A stretch of DNA of 63,847 nt, counting the filler, from Licmophora abbreviata (taxonomy: Eukaryota), in assembly GCA_900291995.1 (NCBI GenBank). It is 7 parts of 7 records of this genome, joined end to end, with 100 filler letters (N's around TTAATTAATTAA, not from the genome) between each part and the next. Parts side by side here need not be neighbours in the genome. Positions count along the whole stretch, not along the records: positions 31,194 to 35,434 come from OLMU01001722.1; positions 35,535 to 44,757 come from OLMU01001723.1; 5 more parts are not named here. One strand, 5' to 3'. The position numbers and the translations under genes are program-made. Of the stretch, positions 31,308-42,283 are shown piece by piece (within the stretch, counting starts at the first letter, position 1; each line of letters opens with the position of its first letter). The notes beneath the pieces are model-generated. The model saw nothing but the letters and a program-made list of their open reading frames with translations. It was not told the DNA's origin and did not search any database.

Positions 31308-32726
31308 ATGGCTGGGGATGACTTGATTTTGCAAGTGACGGCCGGCATGGAAGTGATCCAGATCCCATCGGATACTATCCTAGAGACCGAGGACAGCATG
31401 AAGCTAGAATCCATTGATCTTGTGGTATCAGCGAACTCCACTGTCAGCGATGCTCGAGCGTCAGCTTCTTCGGCACCTCAGAAGGCCCCATCATTACTGT
31501 CATCGACCTGTCGTCGTCCCTTTGATGATGCTCGAGAGGCTGGTCCTGCTGCCGATCCGATTCCCTTTGCTCACCCTGTCATTGATCGGGGTCGGAGAGA
31601 CGATGTACTTTGCTATAGTGAGGCTACAATGAGACACAGCATGGCTCAGAATGTTCTCTTTCGAGATTTTTCAGGCGACGAACAAGGACTTAGTCAAGTA
31701 CAAAGGGCATATTGGAATGTGCCGTTCAAGGAACCCATCAAGACCATCATGGGCCATGTGAATATCTGCGTCGTACTAGAGCGATGTCATGTAGATCAGG
31801 ATGACAGCAGTGTCGATCGTGAAGACGACAGCAGTGACGAGGATGAGGAGGACATTGTTTTCAAACTAACGAATCAGTACGTCGCGGTGAAAGTCAATTA
31901 CTACGATCGTATGGAACAACTGCGCAACAAACATGCTGAGGATCCATTGAAAGAAATTGCAGCCATGCAGCTAATTGGGAATGATCATCCGAACGTCATG
32001 GGGTGCATCGAAGTCCTCTTTGACGGAAAGGACCTGAACGTCGTCATGCCTTACGCTGGATCCGGCGACCTTTTCCAGCTACTGCAGGACTCGCAACAGC
32101 TCAATCAACACACGCCGGGCTTGACAGAGCCGCAAGCACGATTCTGGTTTCGGCAAGTCATGCACGGCATGAAGCATTTGCGCAAAGCCGGAATTTGTCA
32201 TCGAGACATTTCGCCCGAAAATATCATGATTGACGGCAGCGGGTGCTTGATTATTGACATGGGCATGGCACTGCGGATACCGTACACAGACCCTTCTTGC
32301 AATGCGGGAGGCGTAGTCGATGTCACCCAGGGAACGTGCCCGCGCCTTATCAAGCCGCAAGGTACATGTGGTAAGCTGCCGTACATGTCGCCAGAAATTT
32401 ATCGAAATCGCGAAGACTTTGACGGAGACGCCGTGGACGTGTGGACGGCCGCGACGATTCTATTTTGCATGCTGACTGGGAACCGATCCTACCAACGGCC
32501 GGCCAACTCAGATCCACAGTACTACTGGATGACCAATGGCCTACACATGCTCATGAACGATTGGGGCGTGGTATTGAGTGATGAGGGTATGGATTTGTTA
32601 AAGCGCATGCTGGAAGTCGACCCAAGGTTGCGGCTGACAACCGATGAAGTGCTGGATCATCCATGGTTTCGTCATCCTGACGAGGCCATGCCTCAGGTTG
32701 GACGATCCAAAGCTATGGTAGTGTAG
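31308..32726 (+). CDS. Ser/Thr protein kinase (CAMK-like, atypical motifs)
   Basis: VAVK, EDPLKEI, HRDISPEN, IIDMG, GKLPYMSPE, DVW, DPRLR...HPW. Confidence 0.88.
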   Translation: MAGDDLILQVTAGMEVIQIPSDTILETEDSMKLESIDLVVSANSTVSDARASASSAPQKAPSLLSSTCRRPFDDAREAGPAADPIPFAHPVIDRGRRDDVLCYSEATMRHSMAQNVLFRDFSGDEQGLSQVQRAYWNVPFKEPIKTIMGHVNICVVLERCHVDQDDSSVDREDDSSDEDEEDIVFKLTNQYVAVKVNYYDRMEQLRNKHAEDPLKEIAAMQLIGNDHPNVMGCIEVLFDGKDLNVVMPYAGSGDLFQLLQDSQQLNQHTPGLTEPQARFWFRQVMHGMKHLRKAGICHRDISPENIMIDGSGCLIIDMGMALRIPYTDPSCNAGGVVDVTQGTCPRLIKPQGTCGKLPYMSPEIYRNREDFDGDAVDVWTAATILFCMLTGNRSYQRPANSDPQYYWMTNGLHMLMNDWGVVLSDEGMDLLKRMLEVDPRLRLTTDEVLDHPWFRHPDEAMPQVGRSKAMVV

Positions 32727-32852
32727 CGTCATTTGCTATGATGATACAAACGAAATTGAATCGTTTAAAGGTTTTAGAATCGCGTGTAAGGCCAGATAGG
32801 ATTTTAACGTTGCGCTTATTGTCTATGTCTATGTCATAGCGTCTGCTAGCTA

Positions 32853-33766
32853 TTAAAAGAATCCATGCGCTTTCTTTGCGATTGTTCGTTTCCATTCGGG
32901 AAGTTTCGCAAAGGAAGGCTTTTCCATCCCGAACACAGACTCAAATTCCGCATCGGACAGTGCCTGCTCTCGATGTAGAGGGTCAACACCAGGTGGTGGG
33001 AGGTCGCCATGAAGCGGTTGGTTGCATGAAAAAGATTCACTATCCGTCGCCTGTGACTGCACTGTGGATGTTTGCTGTGTTCCCGCATCTGCTACCGTCG
33101 ATGTTGGATAGGAGGCAGCAGTTCCTTTATCACCTGATACGTCTGAGGGATGCAATTCAATCTCGCGATCGCAGCCTTCCAGCACATTCAACACGCCTAT
33201 GTATGTTTATACGTAATAGAGGACTCGTGAGAGACCAGGCATAACAAGCAAGCGCCACCACCACCACCACCACCACCAGAAAAACTGAAAAACTCATCGC
33301 TTCGCTCACCATTCTTATGCATGGACGCTCTCGCTCTCTTCATCGTCGGTGTGTCATCGTCAGCATGGAAGAACGAAACGAACCGGCCCGTCTCTACGAG
33401 GCGACATCCACCAAACACTGGGAGTGCACGGGGCAGCGCTCGAGTGCAAGCTTCCAAGCCGCCATTCCCTTTCGCGAGGATCGTAATGTCATTCTTACTC
33501 AGACCATCATAGCCCGCTATCAGCCAGTCGACGCCGGGATTCTCCTCGTCGCGTACTTCAGACCACGCTGTGTGTTAGTAGTGCGGCGTAGTGCGTCAGC
33601 AGTGTAAGCGGTGCCACCACATCTCCAGTTACAAAGTCACGCCCTCGATCTTACTTTCCGAGACGATCGGTAGTACATTCACTCCACTTGTTCGCTTGAT
33701 CCCACCGGATCGAGGGTCTGTTTGTAACGTCCCAGCAATGACAGGCAGTTCAGATGACGACGCCAT
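32853..33766 (-). CDS. Coactosin-like ADF-H domain + villin headpiece fusion (exons 33766-33655, 33567-33310, 33196-32853; 237 aa)
   Basis: Manual splicing at gtaaga..tactaacacacag and gtgagc..catag gives an open 714-nt frame: WSEVRDEENPGVDWLIAGYDG...KRARASMHK...VLNVL (ADF-H) and GVDPLHREQALSDAEFESVFGM...FAKLPEWKR...KKAHGFF (headpiece). Confidence 0.85.
33255..33278 (+). repeat. (CCA)n microsatellite inside an intron of the ADF-H-headpiece gene
   Basis: ccaccaccaccaccaccaccacca. Confidence 0.85.
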
Positions 33767-33921
33767 GGTGATGACGCTGATTGAGTCGCCGTGATGAGGA
33801 GGCGGCGCGCGCTTTTTGTGGCATCGGCAATGTCACATACGACATCTGATTCGTGCCTGCATTTCGAATTCACACACGATGACCTCTCTGGAAAATCAAA
33901 ATCTCGTTGTCATCGATCGAC

Positions 33922-34752
33922 ATGGCGTCTCGTCGTGGTGCTGGACCGGCCTTTGACTCGAGTCGCCGGGTGTTTCGGGGTCGTGCAGGAGCTACGGACA
34001 GCAATTTACCAAAACATCAGGCGCGGCGGAGACGAAAACAAACAAAAGAATCGGATTTACTAGCATCACAATTGCGATTGGAAGACGCCGACACGGACAC
34101 TCAGCAGCAATCCCAACGCGAAGTATTTTCCGATTCTGACAGCAGCAAGAAAGAGAGCCTTGAATCCTTGAAGTGTACTTCTAGTCCACAGACTAGTGTG
34201 TTGGAATTAGAAACCCCTCCCGACCCCCAAGACAATCTGGCTTTTCAAAGTGAGATTCGGCATCTTCTTCGACGGATTCGACATGTCCGAGAATCAATTC
34301 AGCTGTCTTCCGAGGTGCTCGCAAATACCACTACGTGGCAACAGAATGTCCTCAATGCCGTTCGGAACTGTGTCGGAGAGTGGCGAGCAATATTAAGTCA
34401 CCATGAAGATGATCTGATGGGAAATGACGACGACTCACTCTGCAAGGAACCATCGCTCAAGACCTTTGAGCTCCTTCAAATGGCACTTCAGAGCGGTCCA
34501 CTGGCAGGGAGCAAAGCGGGATACTTTAAGCGATGCGGAGGCGCTACTGCCAAGACTGCATTGGAATTTATGAATGCCGTCGTGCCTGATCGAGACGAGG
34601 CAGCCTATCTGAAATTTACCGTCAAGCAGCAAGAAACATTCGAAAAGTGGAGAGCAAACGCCATGTGTGCTGCCGAGAACGACAAGGCCCCGTCCAAGTC
34701 TGTCTTGAAGAAACAGACAAACGCTGCAAAGATGAAAAAGAAAAAGAAATAG
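33922..34752 (+). CDS. Hypothetical protein with basic termini
   Basis: 276-aa ORF with a helical core and LQSGPLAGSKAGYFKRCG; ends in KKKKK. Confidence 0.65.
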   Translation: MASRRGAGPAFDSSRRVFRGRAGATDSNLPKHQARRRRKQTKESDLLASQLRLEDADTDTQQQSQREVFSDSDSSKKESLESLKCTSSPQTSVLELETPPDPQDNLAFQSEIRHLLRRIRHVRESIQLSSEVLANTTTWQQNVLNAVRNCVGEWRAILSHHEDDLMGNDDDSLCKEPSLKTFELLQMALQSGPLAGSKAGYFKRCGGATAKTALEFMNAVVPDRDEAAYLKFTVKQQETFEKWRANAMCAAENDKAPSKSVLKKQTNAAKMKKKKK

Positions 34753-34755
34753 ATT

Positions 34756-36017
34756 CTATGACAACTCTGACATGTTATTACTGCTTGTTGACATCAAACA
34801 ATGCCTTCGTTCAATGCGAGCGCGGTGACAGATATTGTCAATATACTCGATTTCAGCAAGGAGCTGATCGACCGCGGCGCATGTGAGTCTACATACAGTT
34901 TGCCGAGTGGTGTCCTCTGCTTTTTCTCCTTGGGAAAATGATAGATGCGTAATGGAAGCCTGGAGTCGCTCGCACTCGTCAACGAGCGCGTTATGATGCC
35001 GGGTCAAGTTTTGATAGCCAGCCAGATCGTTTGCTTCCCACTGCTCTGGATCTTTAGCAAATAACAAAGAATCGTCATCGAAGCTAGTATCGACAATAAG
35101 AGATAACTCTCGGATCGCCATTGTCCAAAGTACATGGATAACACCCGGTTCAAGGTCCTTTTCCACGTCTGCTAACGTATCTAAAATGGTAGACCCGGCG
35201 ATACAGTCGATCGCCTGCACAGAATAGGGGGGTACCCGCGATGTGAGCTGACAAAAAATGATCTCAGACGAGTGCTCAGATGTGCACTTACTAAGTGATC
35301 CAGCAGGTAGTGAGCACACTTGCGTGGAATTTGCTTGACGCACAACGCTACACCGATATGAGCCCCTTCCCCGTCCTTGGATACAAGAAACTCTTCCGAT
35401 CGGTTCGCCGCAAGTGCAGCGACCGGATGTGACTNNNNNNNNNNNNNNNNNNNNNNNNNNNNNNNNNNNNNNNNNNNNTTAATTAATTAANNNNNNNNNN
35501 NNNNNNNNNNNNNNNNNNNNNNNNNNNNNNNNNNTCTCCCCCAGCCGTGCTACTCGTGGCATCCTTGCGTGCTCTTCAATAGCATCTCTGCGTCAAACGA
35601 GGGCAGGACAAGTATACGCTCCGGATTCAGGCCTGAGAAGAAGCGGCGAATCGCCTCTGGGGTGGCATCCCTAGGAAGCCCATAGAGTCGTATCATATTG
35701 GACCGCTCATTCTCGGCAAGACATATGACATCCGACGTATCTGGCATCCATGCATCTTCCTTCTCGTGGCTCTCGCCGTCTGCCAGTGGCGCATGTCCCG
35801 TCGGTCTTCTTGCGGGACGAGGCCGCTTCCGCGTCGCAGCACTCTTGGCAGAAGTTCTTTTGAAAGACGATTTCAAGACCCCGTCTTGATCAAGATGAGC
35901 CAGATCGTCATTGTTGTCAAGTCGCACAATCTCTCGGCGGTTGCTTCGTTCTTCCTCCAGTCGCTCGCGGGCCTTGCGACCCAATTCCTTCACGAGCTCT
36001 ATCCTTTCGTTCTCCAT
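34756..36017 (-). CDS. Quasi-RRM (hnRNP F/H-like) domain protein spanning the assembly gap
   Basis: IRLYGLPRDATPEAIRRFFSGL before the gap; SHPVAALAANRSEE (RRM helix-2-like) after it, then a gtaagt intron near 35290-35216; ends uncertain. Confidence 0.55.
35435..35534. other. Assembly spacer
   Basis: N44-TTAATTAATTAA-N44. Confidence 0.99.
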
Positions 36018-36369
36018 TTTACACAGCTAGCAACCTTTCGTTCCTTTCACCGAAACACACGAGATCATTGCGTTTCCGGTGTCAAGCTAACATTGATCGT
36101 CCAATCCCCCAGAGGCGGGTGATTACGGTACGTGTTGATGGTAGTATGGTAGCGAAGTGTGTCGCCGCATCACGCCGTCACAACAAAACCACATCATATC
36201 TCACCGCGCCGCTGGCGGCGCCGCCGCACGACGCCCGCACACGCAGGACAGACTCTCCCTCCAAACCGAGAGCATCTACAGTAACAACGGAAGGATATAC
36301 ATGTCTTGCTAGGGCCTACTCATTCAGCACCGACCAGGGGTTGGATATGTCTTTAGAGCGCCTAATCAG

Positions 36370-38547
36370 TCAGAATGCCTTTCCTGTTGCATGCCTTCTC
36401 TGTTGAGCTGCTCGTCGACGCTCTCTGTTACTATCATCCTGTTTCTCCCGTATTTCTTCAAGACCATATCCTTCATCGTATAGCTTTCGTTGAAACCTAT
36501 CACATAGTACCTCTAGCGCCTCACCTAGTAGCTTGAACTTCTCTTCGGCCTCCTCTCGTTCGATTTTTGTGTACCGCAATCCTGAGTAGCGATCAGGGTG
36601 AAACTCGAATGCTTTCTGTTTGTATTGCCTTCGAATCTCGTCGACCGTTGCATCGGGGCTAACCCCCAATAGCCTGTAGAAATCAACTCGGTTCCGTCGC
36701 TCTAGCTCATGCGCTGCTTTCTCATACGCTGCTCTGACAAAGTCGTTCTTCGCTCCCCAAGGTGTCCTCAACAGTGGCCCAAGCTCGTTGACTAGCGCAT
36801 CGTATGCCTCTAAGGCTTCGTATACCATGATTCTTGTTATCCACCCAATCTCACAGTCCTCCCTGGCTGATATTGCCAGTTTCGTTTCGGTCAAGGCAGC
36901 GTCATACTTCCCGAGACTAAAATACGCTTCTCCCATTTCGGTATGGAGGATTCCAAAAAGTGGAGCGCCTGTGGGAAGAGGAGCACTGTTTTGGAGGGCT
37001 TCTGTATAACGCTCTACCGCTTCTTTGAAACGAGCACATGTCATGCAGTCTCGAGCGGTTTTCACTGCTCCTTCCACCATTCGCAGTTTCCTCATCATGC
37101 TCTTCGCTCTTGAGCTGTCTGGATCGTATCTTAGAGCATCTTTCAGATATCGTGTTGATGCCGAGAATTCCCCCTCCAAGAAAGACGCACGCCCTCGAAG
37201 GCACAACGCATCAAGGTTGCGTGGATTGCGCTTCAGCATACTCCTTGACAGGTTGGTGGCCGCTTCAATATTCCCAAGTCCCAACTCAATCTCCGCGGAT
37301 AGCGACAAAACTTGCATATTCTGCGCAAATGATTGTTGGAGCGATAAGAGCGTATCTCTGGCAGAGTTGTATTCGTCTTGTTTTAACAGTCGATCGGCCT
37401 TCTGCAATCGATCATTGAGATTTTGAACTTTACGTAGCTCGTCTTTGATGTTGTCTGCATCCGAGTTGTTCTCCTTCCCCTCTTTTAGGTATCGACATGC
37501 TTCCTCGATTCGTCCCAATTCAATCAGTGCTGTTGATTTTCGGATGTATGCTTTGGTAAACTGTGGGTTCAAGCGGATGGCAGATGAACAATCGTTTGAA
37601 GCGTTCTCATACTCGCCAAGTCGTAGCCAGGCCGCTGCTCGGTTGGAAAAAAGGGTAGCAACAGTTTCGCAGTCGGCTGGGTCCGTAGCTCGTGCCTCAC
37701 ACAATACCGCAATAGCCTTGCTGTACAAATCCTCTGCCTCTTGGTATTTTTCTGTTTTGAATGCCGTGTTTGCTCTTTCTTTAAGCGCCGCTCCTTTCTT
37801 TCGTGCATTCTGCAAGATCGGGTCAGGTCTGCTCGCCGGAGTCTGAACTGATCTTCTCTGCTCCACCTTGACGCTTTGACCTACCGGATCAACACGTCGA
37901 CTACTAGCTTGTCTTCCGTTTCGTCTCTTGGTCCTACTTTGGGATGCGCGTGACGCCGAAAACATGTTTGTCGACCCAGTTGATCCACTGTGCGAGCCAC
38001 TCGCGAATGTCGATTCGTCTTGCAATCCTTGCCTGTATTTTGAGCCCGAATACCCACTGTTCGAGCCACTCCCCTTAGTTGCCTCATCCTGTAGTATCCC
38101 ATTTTTATGTTTTGCGCCATTTTTAAAATGCCCGCGCAAACTGCTATAATCTCCTTCCCACGAACACTGATGCGTCTTTCGAAGCGGACATCGTACTTGA
38201 ATTTGACCAAAAATCCTATATGCCAGTGGTTGTGCCTCTGACATTGGACGAGCAGCGATCGGTACTCCATTCATCAGCATACTCATATGGTTAGATTGTG
38301 ATGCGCAATTTCGCTCTACGAGATCAGCACTGCATGATGGACACCGATGAGGACCATCGGCAGAGCCGCGCGATACCCACGATTGCAGACACCCAGTGCA
38401 AAAGGGGTGCGAGCACCTTGTAGCAACGACTGCGTCCAGAGCTGAGACATTCAGGCACACAACACAGACAAACTCCCCAAAATGTTTCTCATCAGAGCTT
38501 ATATGAACGCTCTCCAACCCTTTGGAGAAGCCAGAGTCGGCCGCCAT
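36370..38547 (-). CDS. RING + TRAF/SIAH-type Zn finger + TPR + J-domain protein (DNAJC7-like core)
   Basis: CVVC...CSHPFCTGC...CPSC; VRCP..QCSWEG..L..H; TPR motifs ANTAFK..Y..A, FSNRAAA; J domain DFYRLLGV...FHPDR. Confidence 0.88.
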   Translation of the reverse strand: MAADSGFSKGLESVHISSDEKHFGEFVCVVCLNVSALDAVVATRCSHPFCTGCLQSWVSRGSADGPHRCPSCSADLVERNCASQSNHMSMLMNGVPIAARPMSEAQPLAYRIFGQIQVRCPLRKTHQCSWEGDYSSLRGHFKNGAKHKNGILQDEATKGSGSNSGYSGSKYRQGLQDESTFASGSHSGSTGSTNMFSASRASQSRTKRRNGRQASSRRVDPVGQSVKVEQRRSVQTPASRPDPILQNARKKGAALKERANTAFKTEKYQEAEDLYSKAIAVLCEARATDPADCETVATLFSNRAAAWLRLGEYENASNDCSSAIRLNPQFTKAYIRKSTALIELGRIEEACRYLKEGKENNSDADNIKDELRKVQNLNDRLQKADRLLKQDEYNSARDTLLSLQQSFAQNMQVLSLSAEIELGLGNIEAATNLSRSMLKRNPRNLDALCLRGRASFLEGEFSASTRYLKDALRYDPDSSRAKSMMRKLRMVEGAVKTARDCMTCARFKEAVERYTEALQNSAPLPTGAPLFGILHTEMGEAYFSLGKYDAALTETKLAISAREDCEIGWITRIMVYEALEAYDALVNELGPLLRTPWGAKNDFVRAAYEKAAHELERRNRVDFYRLLGVSPDATVDEIRRQYKQKAFEFHPDRYSGLRYTKIEREEAEEKFKLLGEALEVLCDRFQRKLYDEGYGLEEIREKQDDSNRERRRAAQQRRHATGKAF

Positions 38548-38915
38548 GGTTGACTCGAGTTTATGGAGCTATTTTGCATCACGCCCAAAGCCATCTGATG
38601 ACGTATATTTATGTATTCCTGTGGGAATAGAATGACTTGTAGGGTCATGATCGAGTTACGACGCTTCCGGATTTGAGAATTATTGATGTACGTCATTTGT
38701 GACTGGGACATTCTGGATGTCAGTTGTGTCACACTTCGTTCGAGTAGTAGATTGTGATATCACACACGTTAGGTTCTGCTCTCTTCTTTCAACTTGTACC
38801 AGTCAGCTGATGTCGCGCGAAGCTCTTACAAGGTACCGCGTACGATAATCAGGGCTAATTACAGTGAGGTACTGTACCTCCCTTTATCTTTATCGCCCCA
38901 GTTTCAGGGACCCTT

Positions 38916-41081
38916 TCAAATGCCAACCCGCCGGCGAGGCGCCTCTGACTTTCGACGCTTACCACTGAACTGTCCTTTCTTATGCTTTTCCTTCCACGCA
39001 GTTCTCCCCGAAGTTGCGCGGCCCGTGCCATCCTTAGTGTTGGCAAACACCTTTTCGGACGCACTGTCATTCTTCTTCCAGCGTTTGTTAGAACTGTCAG
39101 CTGCTTCGTCAAAGAAATCCGCAAACTCTTCACCGAAGTCCTCGCCAGCCACATCGTCAACATTGACGCCACCGTCGTCAAACGTTTGCAGAGGATCATT
39201 GTCAGTTCGGCGGCGCCCATCCGATTGACGCTTGTTACGGCGTCTCTTTCGTTTCCTATTCAAGTCGGCAACCTGCATTCCTCTAGGAAGCATGTACTTG
39301 GGTACGTGACTGATGAAACAACGCGTGTTGTGTGTTAGAGAAAAGCGACAGGAAATACAGAGTAGATAGTCGACATCCTCACTTACCGAAGATGCGGCTG
39401 AACCCTGGATACGTGTGTTACGACACGGTCGTGCTGGAGCAGCTGGCGGTCCGATGGGTTGTCGTCAAAGTGGCTCTGAAGACGTTCTGAGTTCAGAATC
39501 TCAGCCCGCAGCTCCGCTGCGCGAGTTTCCCGCACAGCCGTCTTGGTGACGGCGCGCGCCACATCCTCAACGCGATATCGAAAACCCTCGATTTCAGTCA
39601 GGTCGAAATCTAATGGTGATGGCTGCGGTTGGTACTGGGGTTGCGATGGCATGATAGTGTCGCAGTCTTCAACGGGGCGAGTCGACTGGAGAGTGTTGAT
39701 TCCAGTATTGGTAAGTGGAATAGGTGGCTGATCCTCTTGAACTACTTGGAGAATATCATGCTCCGTGCGGGATTCCGCATCTACCAAGCTAAGGGCCACG
39801 CCCTTGGCCCCACCGCGCGCCGTCCGACCTACGCGATGGGTATAGGACTTGGCAGTTGGAGGAAAGTCGACGTTCACAACAAAGGAGACATTGCGGAAAT
39901 CTAGGCCTCGGGCGACGCCGTACTCAGTATCCTTTTTCCTGCTTGACTTCTTTTTGGACTGGATGTCCTCCTCGTTGTCACTATCCAGATCGTTTGAATC
40001 TCCCCCCGCGTCGGCACTGTCGTCAGTCGCAATCAGATAGTCGAAGTTTCCGACGTTGAACTGATCAATGATATTGAGGCGACTGCGGAGGGGTAATTCT
40101 GCGTTCAAGACAGCCGATCTAATGTGAAATTGTTCAAGAAAGAGTTTCAACCGATATCCACCGTTTGTTGAGTTCACAAAAAAGAGGCCTTTGCCCTTGA
40201 GCAGACCAAGCTGGAAAACAACGAAGTTAGAGTGAGCGAGCGTCCCGTGAAGCGATCCCCCCAAACTAAAAGAATAATTGAGCACTCACCTTCAGAAATA
40301 CGTAAAGTACGAGATTCTTATCTTTCCTTGCCAAGGATAGATAAAATTGCGAGAGCTGTCCTCCCTTTTGAGCGAAATTCTTCTCCTCTTCCTCCAACTT
40401 CAATACTGCCGGCGAGTGAAGCACCACCTTTTTGAGGGAGTTAAGTTCCGGAGACAACGTCGCCGACATTAAGAAACCTTGGCATATCTTCGGTAGCGCC
40501 TTCGTGATTTCCGCAATATCATTTGCGTATCCAAAAGAAAGAACCAGATCCGCTTCGTCAACCACAAGCGTCTCCACGGACGACTTGAGGTCAAGCGAGC
40601 CGCCTCGAATATGTTTCAGCACACCGGCGGGCGTTGCAACGATGATATCAGGTCGATCGCGTAGCATAGCCTCCTGACGAGCCAGCTCTTGTTTGTCTTT
40701 TTCGTTCCCTACCCGACTGCTCGACAGCACGGCGACCGACACTACCTCATCGCAGTAGTACGTCAAGCTCTGCAGCGTGCTGGACACTTGAGTGCAGAGT
40801 TCCTTTGAGGGAACCAGAATCACAGCTCGAACCGCTTCGGAAGATCCACCTACCAAGATTTTCTGTAAGAGAGGCAAGCAGTAAGCAAGAGTCTTTCCGC
40901 TTCCAGTCCTCGCCCTCACCAACAAATCTCGTCCGGATGAAATGGCGAGAGGCAGGCACTTGGATTGTACCAGCGTCGGACGGACGTGGCCAAGACGAGA
41001 AACGGCCTTTCGCAAACGCATGTCCAGCCCCACTGAGTCAGCGAGCGACGAAAACGTGGTGGAAGGGTCCAATAACGACAT
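38916..41081 (-). CDS. DBP9: DEAD-box RNA helicase DBP9/DDX56 (exons 41081-40290, 40210-39387, 39309-38916)
   Basis: PTLVQ, ARTGSGKT, DEADLVLSFGY, SAT, EYGVARGLDF, HRVGRTAR, FRYRVED, EILNSERL, HLRHVPKY. Confidence 0.92.
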
Positions 41082-41437
41082 AGTGGATAAGTTCCTGACA
41101 GTCCACACTATTTTAAGGACAGCGACCGGCGGCGTGACAATGAATTGTGATGCAGCGACGCGGTGCGAGAGTCCGGGGCGTGTGATTTCATTGTGTTTAA
41201 GAAAAAGCCTGGAGCCATGGTTTTTCAATGGCTATCAGGATCATGGTCTGTCTGTCTCCAGACCATCGCGTCCGTCCCGCGTCCGCATTCAACAGCACAA
41301 TAAGCGCGAAGCTATTTCGACAAGGTCTAACTCACGCAAGTTACCGTAATACTAGTAGCTCTCATGCGGATAACACCAAGTGGCCTAATTTTTGCCAGTC
41401 TACCACAATTGCGATGTTGAGCCAAGGGGTTAGAGAA

Positions 41438-42283
41438 TCATTCCACACTGTCCTTTCTGGGAACTTCGTCAACGCGACTTCCCTCGTCTTGAGCTTGGAT
41501 AAAATTACGCTCAAGTCTGGAGAGCTCCTCTAACGTAGGCACTCCAATGCTACTGCCCGTATACATGTAGCCAGGATCCAGAAGCTTGGCTTGGACGGTG
41601 TCGAGAGGATCAGGCTCTAAGTTCTGCTCAATTAGTAGCCAGTTTGACTCTTGAGCCAGGCGAATCATGTCTTCTTGAATGGCACGGATTCTTTCAAAAG
41701 ACTTGATTTTCTTCTCTTCTGGATCACCCTTCCCCGTCATCAGACCACGATGGCGCAGCTGCGCCTTGTGCGCCTCTTCATCGGAGATGGTAAGGAGACA
41801 GCCAATGGCAATGCCGCCGCTATCTTCCCAAGTCTTGGTCAAATCTGAGGATGGTATCACATGAACTCCCTCGATAACGAGACTCTGCCCTCTGCTTATG
41901 GCATCGTCTACTAGACTCCTCACGCTGGCTTCCAGAACGGTACATGTTTTCTTCCAGCTCTTGACGGGGCAGTCTTCCTCGCCAGAAGGTGCGTATGAGG
42001 AGCGATGAAGCGCGGGACTAATGTCCTCCCTTACAAATGACCTCATAACTGCCCGAACCGTGTCTGTTGAAATGCACTTGAGGATTCCTTGGTCGAGGGC
42101 AACCGACATACCGAAGGTTGACTTTCCAGTACCAGGACTCCCGCTGATGAGAATCAGTTTAGGTTTATCTTCAGCCTTTCGACTGTGTGCGGTGAACGGC
42201 CGCGTACTCACTCCTGCGAAGGCATCCGTCGAAAGGAAAAGGCTCGAGGCAATGCCGAGAAGGAAAATACGAGATAATGACAT
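41438..42283 (-). CDS. Plastid-targeted 2-phosphoglycerate-kinase-like P-loop kinase
   Basis: TDA-FAG bipartite site; ISGSPGTGKST, ISTDTVRAVMR, LHRSSY, SLVIEGVH, FERIRAIQ. Confidence 0.8.
   Translation of the reverse strand: MSLSRIFLLGIASSLFLSTDAFAGVSTRPFTAHSRKAEDKPKLILISGSPGTGKSTFGMSVALDQGILKCISTDTVRAVMRSFVREDISPALHRSSYAPSGEEDCPVKSWKKTCTVLEASVRSLVDDAISRGQSLVIEGVHVIPSSDLTKTWEDSGGIAIGCLLTISDEEAHKAQLRHRGLMTGKGDPEEKKIKSFERIRAIQEDMIRLAQESNWLLIEQNLEPDPLDTVQAKLLDPGYMYTGSSIGVPTLEELSRLERNFIQAQDEGSRVDEVPRKDSVE

Noticed and set aside
33197..33309. Poly-Gly tract in ORF 33197-33457
   Set aside because: It falls inside a GT-AG intron ((CCA)n microsatellite) and is not translated in the spliced model
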